Assembly: GCA_944391435.1 (NCBI GenBank)
Contig: CALXTP010000020.1
Coordinates: 1,683 to 65,682, forward strand
Length of the DNA: 64,000 nt
Direction of reading: 5' to 3'
From: an uncultured Alphaproteobacteria bacterium
GTDB taxonomy: Bacteria; Pseudomonadota; Alphaproteobacteria; RF32; CAG-239
Shown one piece after another: positions 1 to 7,548 of the stretch. The position numbers and the translations under genes were made by a program. Numbering within the stretch: position 1 is the first letter of the stretch; every line of letters starts with the position of its first letter. Under the pieces are notes generated by a model, which was not told the origin of the DNA, ran no database searches, and saw only the letters and a program-made list of their open reading frames with translations.

Positions 1-438
1 CATACAAAATCCGTCAAAACCAAGCAGAGGCATCCTTTCAATATCACGCAAGGTGGCAATGTGTGCCGAGCCGTGAATATTTGATTGGAATTTATACGGA
101 CACTTTATACCGCCTATTAACAAAATTGCGGGAAATGTCAGAAACGGCAATATCGGAAGCCACAATGACGGGCGAAAAGCTCCGTTGTAATGGTATACTT
201 TTTTCATCCATCTCATATACCATTCCCAAAGAAACCCAAAATCCGAAAAAGATTTTTTCAAAAATATACCGCCGATTTCCACGCTCTTTTTGGATACGCC
301 GTTTTGCATAAAAAATGCAAGGATTGGCGCGGTGTACATCAATATGACAGTTACGGCGATGGAAATGCCGAATGTGATTGTCATCCAGCGGACGGCGTTA
401 TCATATTCTTCCCACTCTTTTCCTCTTTCTTTTGCCAT
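1..438 (-). CDS. virD4: Type IV secretion coupling protein (VirD4/TraG family), N-terminal 146 codons only; gene continues beyond the left edge
   Basis: Absent from the ORF track because it is open at position 1. My reverse-complement translation from ATG 438-436 reads MAKERGKEWEEYDNAVRWMTITFGISIAVTVILMYTAPILAFF...SLWLPILPFLTFPAILLIGG...NIHGSAHIATLRDIERMPLLGFDGFCM. Two N-terminal TM helices followed by H-G-[ST]-A-[RH]-x-A is the usual start of VirD4/TraG proteins (compare Agrobacterium VirD4 HHGTARWAG). Confidence 0.7.
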   Translation of the reverse strand, partial: MAKERGKEWEEYDNAVRWMTITFGISIAVTVILMYTAPILAFFMQNGVSKKSVEIGGIFLKKSFSDFGFLWEWYMRWMKKVYHYNGAFRPSLWLPILPFLTFPAILLIGGIKCPYKFQSNIHGSAHIATLRDIERMPLLGFDGFCM

Positions 439-461
439 TTTTCCCTCGTTACAATAGTTGG

Positions 462-1805
462 TTAAGCTAAGCTTCTAATCAGTTTTTTCAGTTTTTCTAA
501 TGTATTTTTATCTGTCTTTTCATCGCAGTTATCCAATGACTTTGAAAACAGGCGAATCTCTTTCGGGCTTCCGCGGTTAATCCTGGTTACGTTTATATTC
601 ATATTATTCCAGATTTCAAACATATCTTCTGCGTTAATGATGTTTCCGGACTGAATGACTACATAAGATATTATTTCAAAATCCATGTCGCCAACGGCCA
701 GCTTGGTTTTTAATATATCGCGGGCAATATCTATTTTGCGTATCGGAGAAACCCGGTGGCTGCTTTCTGAAAACCACAAGGGTTCTTCATCATTGAATTT
801 TTCCTCATCTGCCAGCCAGTCCCCGACCTCTTTATCCACATAACACAATATCAATTGTTTTTTGGAAACACCGATATAGTCAATGGTGATATCTTTAATA
901 ATTGCCGAGGAAATAACATCATATCCCTTTTGATTGAGCACATCAAGAACAGGCGTATGAGATTCTTTTGCCGGAAAGGGCACCTGATTTTGTTCGTTTC
1001 CTTTGGATTGGCGGGGCTGATTCTCTTTTTTGCCATTTTGTTGATTATTATTTGGTTGCGTTTTGTTTTTCTCTTCTTTTTTGTGAACAGCAGTCTCCGG
1101 AGCGTTCTTTTTTATTTCTTCAGATATTTCTACTGGCAAGGCTTCTATCGTGTCCGGCTCATCAGCCATCAAGGCTGACGGGATTGGCGTGTCTGCTTCT
1201 GGCTTCTTTTCTTTTTTCTCAAAATCAAAATCCAAGTCAAAATCATCTTCGTCAAAATTAAACAAAGCATGATTTATCGGAGCTTCGGCATCTTTTTTAC
1301 CCGGCGTGTATGAAGATGTTCTCATCCCGGAAGAATTTAAATTGTTGTTTATATTTGATTGCATTAACGTTGCTGACGGCAGAGGCGGCCGTTTGGCCGG
1401 TGCTTTTTTGATAATCGGCGTTTTTTTGATGACTTTTGTTTCTTCCGTTACCGATTTTTTCTTTACCACTACCGGAGGTTTTGTTTTCAGGGTAATTTTT
1501 CTATATAAATAGAGAGGGCTGAAAACGACTCTTTTAAGCAGCTTTTCCCATTTTATAATGCAAAGCCCAACCCAACCAGCAAGCCAAAGCGGTATTGAGC
1601 TGACAACAATCATAAAAAAGCCTATTTCTGAATTTGATATCGGAGCGCCGCTGTTCCACTTGGCGCTGAGCAGCTGCCAGTGCCCGGACATAAATATATC
1701 AAAATGCCAGTTAATCAGCAAAACCACACGTATGCCATCTATGAAGATTATACTCCACAGGCAGCCGACTATTAACGTTTTTAGTATTATTTCCAGTGGT
1801 TTCAA
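462..1805 (-). CDS. Hypothetical membrane-anchored protein, 447 aa: 2-TM N-module, K/P-rich and acidic FD-repeat linker, Q/N-rich spacer, globular C-domain
   Basis: ORF track. TM helices LIVGCLWSIIFIDGIRVVLLI and IGFFMIVVSSIPLWLAGWVGLCII. K/P-rich aa 105-145. FNFDEDDFDLDFDFE at aa 182-196. Q/N/K-rich aa 240-275. aa 285-447 look folded. Ends 23 nt upstream of the virD4 start on the same strand. No family recognised. Confidence 0.7.
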   Translation of the reverse strand: MKPLEIILKTLIVGCLWSIIFIDGIRVVLLINWHFDIFMSGHWQLLSAKWNSGAPISNSEIGFFMIVVSSIPLWLAGWVGLCIIKWEKLLKRVVFSPLYLYRKITLKTKPPVVVKKKSVTEETKVIKKTPIIKKAPAKRPPLPSATLMQSNINNNLNSSGMRTSSYTPGKKDAEAPINHALFNFDEDDFDLDFDFEKKEKKPEADTPIPSALMADEPDTIEALPVEISEEIKKNAPETAVHKKEEKNKTQPNNNQQNGKKENQPRQSKGNEQNQVPFPAKESHTPVLDVLNQKGYDVISSAIIKDITIDYIGVSKKQLILCYVDKEVGDWLADEEKFNDEEPLWFSESSHRVSPIRKIDIARDILKTKLAVGDMDFEIISYVVIQSGNIINAEDMFEIWNNMNINVTRINRGSPKEIRLFSKSLDNCDEKTDKNTLEKLKKLIRSLA

Positions 1806-1862
1806 GTTATTCTCCGGCTCTTTCTTTCCTCTTATTGTATTCCCTAATTAGTTAACAAGGTA

Positions 1863-2354
1863 TTATTGTTTTTCGTTTTCCTCAATTTTTGCCGCAATCT
1901 GCTTTCTTAAGCTTTGCACAGCATTTCCACCTGTAACGCCACCTTTTTCCTTTTCTATTTTTTCGGCAATAATCTCATCCAATGTTTTATCTTTGCCGCC
2001 TAAATTTTTAATGGAAACGTGCTCAACTTCCATTACTTTCGGGCGCGTCACCCGCCTGTATAGCTTGATAATCGGATTCGTCAGAAATCTAACTAATCCG
2101 TATTTGTACAATTTATAACTCAAAATGAGACCGATAAACGGCATTAAACATAATGCTGCGGCTAAACTGCAATCACGAAAAGTTTTAAATACGCCGCCTT
2201 TTTCCCAATAATCATATATGATATCATACGAAACCCGGTTAAACAGCTCAAAACTCCAAAGCAACTTAAATAAAAACTGGCAGATATAGCCTAATACAAA
2301 AAAAACTATTATGCAGATTGACAGGAATCTTATGAAATTTTTGATTTTTTTCAT
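1863..2354 (-). CDS. Hypothetical 2-TM membrane protein, 163 aa, sharing the N-terminal module of the 447-aa neighbour
   Basis: ORF track. TM helices FLSICIIVFFVLGYICQFLF and LAAALCLMPFIGLILSY, with a K/E-rich tail. Co-linear motif match to the 447-aa protein (see findings). Confidence 0.65.
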   Translation of the reverse strand: MKKIKNFIRFLSICIIVFFVLGYICQFLFKLLWSFELFNRVSYDIIYDYWEKGGVFKTFRDCSLAAALCLMPFIGLILSYKLYKYGLVRFLTNPIIKLYRRVTRPKVMEVEHVSIKNLGGKDKTLDEIIAEKIEKEKGGVTGGNAVQSLRKQIAAKIEENEKQ

Positions 2355-2364
2355 TTTACAACCC

Positions 2365-3966
2365 TTAACGACTTAACTGATAATCTCTTATAGCCTTAGA
2401 AAATTGTTTTTCGGTTAACAAAAATTCATCTTTTTGAGCGGCACTGTCCCTTGAACCTATCGGCTGGCCATTTAACTCAAATTCATTGATGGCTTTGTTA
2501 ATATTTTCTACGCTTTTTTTTGCACCTTTCATATAAGCTTTGGCGCCCAACATGCCTGGGCTGACAACTTTGTCCGTATCCTTTTTGACATCTTTGGCTA
2601 CGTTATTTATTGAAGTCAGATAATTTTTTATGGTTTCTTTTGTTTTTTCGGAATCATTGGCATATTCTTCATGAATTTTATCAATATTTTCCATCATCAT
2701 TCTGTATTTTTCTTTGCTGTTCCGCAGTATATGCCCTTTGATAACGTCTTCATTATCGGCAAGCCCTATATTTTGTTTTTGGATTTCTTTGGTTATTGCC
2801 AAAGCTTCTTTTTTAATTTCTTTTGCATTTTTGTTACTTTGCAGCAACGCTTCCATTTCGCCAATTTTTTCGGAAATGCCGGCAAATTCATCTTCGCTCA
2901 TCTCATTTTTTAATCCGGCAACTCTTCCTGAAATTTTATTTTTAATATCTGCGACATTGCCGCTCTTATCGTTTTTGAGGTCATCTTCCAGATTTTTTAA
3001 TGTATCCGAGAAAGCTTGGGATACGCCGTTTTGTTTCGGTCTTGTCACTTCTTCTATGGTTGCCAGGCGAACGGCCAAAGTGAACAATGTTTCTTCTTTG
3101 GCAAAGCGCCCTTTGATGACATCGGCACTAACGCCGAATCCGTATTTTTCTATAAACTTGGCTTCCGGAGACTGCGGATTTTCTTTAGCTTTAGCGTATA
3201 TTTGCTTTAACTTCGGATAAAAAGGAGGTACCTGCCCCCACAAAGTCCACTGAGGTTGGATTCCTTGGGATTCTTTTGCTAAATTTTCATTTATTTCTAT
3301 CAGTTTATCCTTTTCTTTGGCAAATTTTTCTATGCGTTCTTTATATAATTCATCTCCTATCATATAGACATTTTTGGCTTTTTTTTCCGTTTCTTTATTG
3401 ACGGTACCTTGTTTGGCCCGGAAAGGTTCAAACAACACCCATTCCGCAAAGTCTAATGTCGTATCTACAACAGTATCCACCGCAGTCAAATAAAAAGCCA
3501 TAATGTAATCATTCCAAAAGACTTCCATGATATTATCACCGCCGGATTTGCCTTTGCTACCTCCTCTTTCTCTTTTTGGCGGAGTTATGCTGCCGGATTT
3601 GCTGTTTTTTATTTTCTCAACATTACGCGGTGCTTTGGTATCAAACTGCCCGGTATCTATATCAGCATAAGCGCGGGAAACGCCATCATAAATGATGGGG
3701 CGCTGAGTTTCTGTGGCATTTGCCGTTTCGGAAGAAGAATCTGCGGTGTTTGCTTCGCCTGACGAGGGACCATTTTCTTGAGGTGTAGCATTTTGCGTAG
3801 CAGCTTGCGCATCCGGCTGAGCTCCTGGCGTATTTGCCGTTGATGAACTATTTCCCTGCGAATTTACTTTGTTTAAGATATTTTGAACATTGTTAGTTAT
3901 TTCATTCATTCTTTGGGAAATGTTATTTGTCTGATTTTGTTCATCCATTTTTTCCTCCATTTGCAA
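2365..3966 (-). CDS. Hypothetical protein, 533 aa, disordered S/T/N/Q-rich N-terminus and K/E-rich helical body
   Basis: ORF track. The first ~140 aa are low complexity. One hydrophobic stretch, VFWNDYIMAFYLTAVDTVVDTTLDFAEWVLF. The remainder is lysine/glutamate-rich. 10-nt gap to the next gene on the strand. No family recognised. Confidence 0.7.
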   Translation of the reverse strand: MQMEEKMDEQNQTNNISQRMNEITNNVQNILNKVNSQGNSSSTANTPGAQPDAQAATQNATPQENGPSSGEANTADSSSETANATETQRPIIYDGVSRAYADIDTGQFDTKAPRNVEKIKNSKSGSITPPKRERGGSKGKSGGDNIMEVFWNDYIMAFYLTAVDTVVDTTLDFAEWVLFEPFRAKQGTVNKETEKKAKNVYMIGDELYKERIEKFAKEKDKLIEINENLAKESQGIQPQWTLWGQVPPFYPKLKQIYAKAKENPQSPEAKFIEKYGFGVSADVIKGRFAKEETLFTLAVRLATIEEVTRPKQNGVSQAFSDTLKNLEDDLKNDKSGNVADIKNKISGRVAGLKNEMSEDEFAGISEKIGEMEALLQSNKNAKEIKKEALAITKEIQKQNIGLADNEDVIKGHILRNSKEKYRMMMENIDKIHEEYANDSEKTKETIKNYLTSINNVAKDVKKDTDKVVSPGMLGAKAYMKGAKKSVENINKAINEFELNGQPIGSRDSAAQKDEFLLTEKQFSKAIRDYQLSR

Positions 3967-4037
3967 CTGTTTTATGCTATTTTAACACAAAAACTAATCT
4001 TTGTCCACTTTAAAGACTTTTGCAAAAGGCTTTTTTA

Positions 4038-5123
4038 TTATACTTTTAGCTTTTTTATGAAATTTCCGATTTTTTGGTTCGCCTTTATCCCATCTTCTGG
4101 CGTTACTTTTATCAAACCAAAAAATTTCGGGCGGATTTTATCTATTTCTATCGGTGAAAACATTGCCGGATTTTTGGTCAGAGCTTTGAATGAGCCATCG
4201 GCATCTTTTGATGCTGCCTTAAAGTAATTTCCAATCAACTTATCTACATCTATGGGGAATTTCTTTTCTTTTAATTTTTTTATAAAGATTTCTTTTCTTC
4301 TTTGCAGCTCTATATACTCCTCATATAACTCCCTTTTTATTCGATTTTTTTGTATAATTTCTTTTTTTTGCGCATAGCTAACTTCACATATTTCCATATT
4401 AATCAATATTTCCACATAGGATATTATTGTAAGCTGCATATCCGTATCGTTCAGAGTTTCGGCAAACGCCAAATATTCTTCATCTCCGGCATTTTTAGAC
4501 AGCCTTTTCATATTTTCCGGATCATATTGGTTAATAAAATCCCAGCAGGATAATAAATATTGGGCAATTTTTTTGCCTATGCTCGGCTTATAGTTCGGCA
4601 ACAACATTTTTGGATTATAATCCGTTTCCGGAGCTTTTATATTTTTTTTATCTGCCAGTGCATATATGCCGTCCTGAAAATTGCCTACGGCACGCGCCAG
4701 TTCCCGCTCTTCTGATTTTAATTCATCTTCTTCCGCTATGGATTTTTTTTCTTCCGGCTGAACCTGGTTTATGTCCGGAGCAGCTGTCGGCCCTTTATTT
4801 GGAGCAGTTATAAAATTATCCAGATTCTCTGTTTGCTTTTCCGGATTTTTGGAAGTCGTGATAAAATTTTCCAAACCATTTTGCTCTATTTTTTTCTGAA
4901 AATTATCCAAACTGTCCGTAACTATCGTATTTTGAACCTTGTTTTCCGTTTCTTTGGAAACTTCCTTATTATCAGTATTTTCCTGATTGATAAAGTCATT
5001 TAACAATTTCGCAAATTCATCTTCCAAGTTTTCCGTTTTGCTATTTTTTTGTTTGTTATCCGGCTGGTTCTGCGGCGTGTTTGACGTTATAAAAGCATCC
5101 AGCGAGTCTTCTTCTTCACTCAT
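4038..5123 (-). CDS. Hypothetical protein, 361 aa, acidic N-terminal half with five L-x-N-F-I-T type motifs
   Basis: ORF track. Motifs LDAFIT, LNDFIN, LDNFQK, LENFIT and LDNFIT lie within aa 8-106. The C-terminal ~190 aa look folded. The start overlaps the stop of the upstream small ORF by 8 nt (ATGAGTGA). Confidence 0.7.
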   Translation of the reverse strand: MSEEEDSLDAFITSNTPQNQPDNKQKNSKTENLEDEFAKLLNDFINQENTDNKEVSKETENKVQNTIVTDSLDNFQKKIEQNGLENFITTSKNPEKQTENLDNFITAPNKGPTAAPDINQVQPEEKKSIAEEDELKSEERELARAVGNFQDGIYALADKKNIKAPETDYNPKMLLPNYKPSIGKKIAQYLLSCWDFINQYDPENMKRLSKNAGDEEYLAFAETLNDTDMQLTIISYVEILINMEICEVSYAQKKEIIQKNRIKRELYEEYIELQRRKEIFIKKLKEKKFPIDVDKLIGNYFKAASKDADGSFKALTKNPAMFSPIEIDKIRPKFFGLIKVTPEDGIKANQKIGNFIKKLKV

Positions 5124-5418
5124 TACATTTCCCCTTTGTTACATTTATCGTCATTATTTCGGTTTTACCGGTTTCGTCAATTACGCTGATTGTATCGCGA
5201 TAAGGCGATTGTAAAAGGATATAAATCTTATTCTTTGCCACATAAAAATTTTTAATTTCCGCATTTTCAGCCAGATTTATGACTTTTTTTTCCTGCCGAA
5301 AACCGGTTTCAGGCATAATTTTTTTTTCAAACGCACGTACAAACATCAAATAGAAACAGAAAATTATCCCTATCCCCAATATCAGTGATATGCTTTTAAT
5401 TATCTTTATTTTTGGCAT
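5116..5418 (-). CDS. Small signal-anchored protein, 100 aa
   Basis: ORF track. N-terminal hydrophobic anchor ISLILGIGIIFCFYLMFV followed by a ~70-aa tail. Supported mainly by translational coupling to the 361-aa gene. No family recognised. Confidence 0.55.
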   Translation of the reverse strand: MPKIKIIKSISLILGIGIIFCFYLMFVRAFEKKIMPETGFRQEKKVINLAENAEIKNFYVAKNKIYILLQSPYRDTISVIDETGKTEIMTINVTKGKCNE

Positions 5419-5460
5419 GATTATATCCTTGATTTATCTTTTACTTCGGTTTATTTTAAC

Positions 5461-5488
5461 TTGCAATGTGTGAATATATCTTTAATAT
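5461..5488 (+). promoter_or_regulatory. Candidate sigma-70 promoter of rluD (TTGCAA-16 nt-TAATAT)
   Basis: -35 ttgcaa at 5461-5466, a 16-nt spacer, -10 taatat at 5483-5488. The ATG at 5495 lies only 6 nt after the -10. Pattern match only, in AT-rich DNA. Confidence 0.3.
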
Positions 5489-5494
5489 GCCCCG

Positions 5495-6472
5495 ATGACT
5501 GAAAAAAATAGCAACATTTTATATACATCTCCCGTTGATGAAATGGCAAGCGGACAGCGATTAGATAAATATATCGCGGATAATTTTCCGGATTTTTCAC
5601 GCGCGCAAGCTCAACGCCTGATTGAAGAAACCTGTGTTTTTATTCAAGATGTTCCTGTTACTGATAAAAATTACAAAACGCGAATCGGAGAAGTGTACCT
5701 GGTTTACATGCCTCCCCTTAAAGAGGCTATTCCTCTTGCAGAAAATATACCTTTGGATATTTTATACGAGGATAGTGATGTTATTGTCGTCAACAAACCG
5801 GCTGGAATGACGGTCCATCCCGCCGCCGGAGTTTCATCAGGGACGCTTGTTAATGCCCTTTTATACCATTGCCACGGCAGCTTGTCCGGAATCGGCGGAG
5901 TAGCCCGCCCAGGTATCGTGCATAGAATTGACCGCAACACCAGCGGTATTCTTGTTGTTGCGAAAAATGATACGGCACATCGTTTTTTAGCTGAACAATT
6001 TTCGTGTCATTCTGTTGAACGTACCTATTACGCCGTTGTTTATGGTGTTCCCAAACCTTCTTCCGGAACAATATGCGGCAATATTGCCCGGAGTCCTTAT
6101 GATCGCAAAAAAATGGCCATTGTATCTTCCGGCGGAAAAAAAGCCGTTACGCACTATTCCATTGTTGAACAGTACAAAAACGCTGCCGCATTAGTTGAAT
6201 GCCATTTGGAAACGGGACGCACTCACCAAATCCGCGTCCATCTTTCTTCCATCGGTTGCCATCTTATCGGCGACGATGTTTATGTGCAGACAAAGAAAAC
6301 CAGCGTATCCCTGCCCCTTAAAATAAAACTTTATGTCAATTCTTTTCCGCGGCAGGCTTTGCATGCTTATTCGCTTGGCTTTGTACATCCGCGAACGCAT
6401 CAATTTATGTCCTTTTCCTCTGATTTTCCCGAAGATATGAAGGAGCTAATCAACACACTGAAACAGATTTGA
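5495..6472 (+). CDS. rluD: RluA-family 23S rRNA pseudouridine synthase (RluD-like)
   Basis: S4-like N-terminus (QRLDKYIADNF) and catalytic motif HRIDRNTSGILVVAKN. Sits next to rpoH, as in many alphaproteobacteria. Confidence 0.85.
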   Translation: MTEKNSNILYTSPVDEMASGQRLDKYIADNFPDFSRAQAQRLIEETCVFIQDVPVTDKNYKTRIGEVYLVYMPPLKEAIPLAENIPLDILYEDSDVIVVNKPAGMTVHPAAGVSSGTLVNALLYHCHGSLSGIGGVARPGIVHRIDRNTSGILVVAKNDTAHRFLAEQFSCHSVERTYYAVVYGVPKPSSGTICGNIARSPYDRKKMAIVSSGGKKAVTHYSIVEQYKNAAALVECHLETGRTHQIRVHLSSIGCHLIGDDVYVQTKKTSVSLPLKIKLYVNSFPRQALHAYSLGFVHPRTHQFMSFSSDFPEDMKELINTLKQI

Positions 6473-6603
6473 ATTATAACTTTTAGTTTTAATTTCGCCC
6501 CGTTTTTAACAATAAAGCGCTAAAAAAATAGAACTATTGTCTAGATTGTGGAAAAATTTTTCCTATTATATCCTCTCGTTAGTCAACTTTTAGGAGAAGA
6601 AAT

Positions 6604-7479
6604 ATGAAAACACAATCTATTCTAAATGGACTTGACTTTTCACCCGAAGAAAACCTTTCCCGCTATCTTCAATCAATAAAAAAATTTCCCCTGCTTACTT
6701 CCGAAGAAGAATATGATTTAGCCTTACAGTACCAAAAAAAACGCGATAAAGACATTGCTTATAAACTTATTACATCTCATTTACGTCTTGTCGTTAAAGT
6801 TGTTTCCAAATACCGCGGATACGGACTCCCCGTCGGAGAAATGATTTCCGAGGGCAATATCGGTTTAATTTATGCAGTTGATAAATTTGCCCCGGAAAAG
6901 GGCTTTCGTTTTTCAACCTATGCTTTGTGGTGGATTAAAGCTTCAGTGCAGAAATATATACTTAATTCTTGGTCTTTGGTTAAACTCGGAACGACAGCTG
7001 CACAAAAAAAATTGTTTTTTAATTTACGCAAAATCAAAAACCGCCTTAATTTAATTGATGACAGAGATTTGTCACAACATATTTTGAAAAGTATTGCCTC
7101 TTCGCTTGATGTCAGCGTACAAGATGTTACCGATATGAATATGCGATTAAAATCCCACGATGGTTCGCTTAATACCATTATTGACGGAAACGCCGACGGG
7201 ACAACAGAGTGGCTTGATTTTATTTCTGACAACAAACCTACTCAGGAAGAGTGTCTGGCTCATGCAGAAACGATGAAATACCGACGCAAAATGTTTTATA
7301 ATGCCTTGTATGTACTTAATCCGCGCGAAAAAGATATTCTTTTTAAAAGACGACTTTATGATAAGACAATTACTCTGGATGACCTCAGCAAAACTTATCA
7401 TATATCAAAAGAACGCGTCCGGCAAATAGAACTTAATTCCATACGCAAAATAACGAAGGCCATAGAACTTATGCAATAG
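6604..7479 (+). CDS. rpoH: RNA polymerase sigma-32 (heat-shock sigma factor RpoH)
   Basis: Sigma-70 region 2 (ISEGNIGLIYAVDKF), RpoH box QKKLFFNLRKIK, region 4.2 HTH (LSKTYHISKERVRQIE). AGGAG RBS upstream. Confidence 0.9.
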   Translation: MKTQSILNGLDFSPEENLSRYLQSIKKFPLLTSEEEYDLALQYQKKRDKDIAYKLITSHLRLVVKVVSKYRGYGLPVGEMISEGNIGLIYAVDKFAPEKGFRFSTYALWWIKASVQKYILNSWSLVKLGTTAAQKKLFFNLRKIKNRLNLIDDRDLSQHILKSIASSLDVSVQDVTDMNMRLKSHDGSLNTIIDGNADGTTEWLDFISDNKPTQEECLAHAETMKYRRKMFYNALYVLNPREKDILFKRRLYDKTITLDDLSKTYHISKERVRQIELNSIRKITKAIELMQ

Positions 7480-7548
7480 CCCTTGAAAGTGTCTTTTTAC
7501 TTATTATCTACTCTGGAAAACTAACCCTGCAAATAAGGATGCAACAGA

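Noticed and set aside
63-465. Plus-strand ORFs 63-311 (82 aa) and 190-465 (91 aa) from the ORF track
   Set aside because: They lie antisense to a much better reading frame, the VirD4/TraG N-terminus (438..1), which has TM helices and the HGSAxxA motif. Their own sequences are low-complexity with no RBS.
2714-3220. 168-aa plus-strand ORF (and similar ones at 33413-33799 and 38092-38547)
   Set aside because: All are antisense to K/E-rich or P/K-rich coding regions. AAG/GAA-rich codons give stop-free S/F/L-rich antisense frames. No start context.
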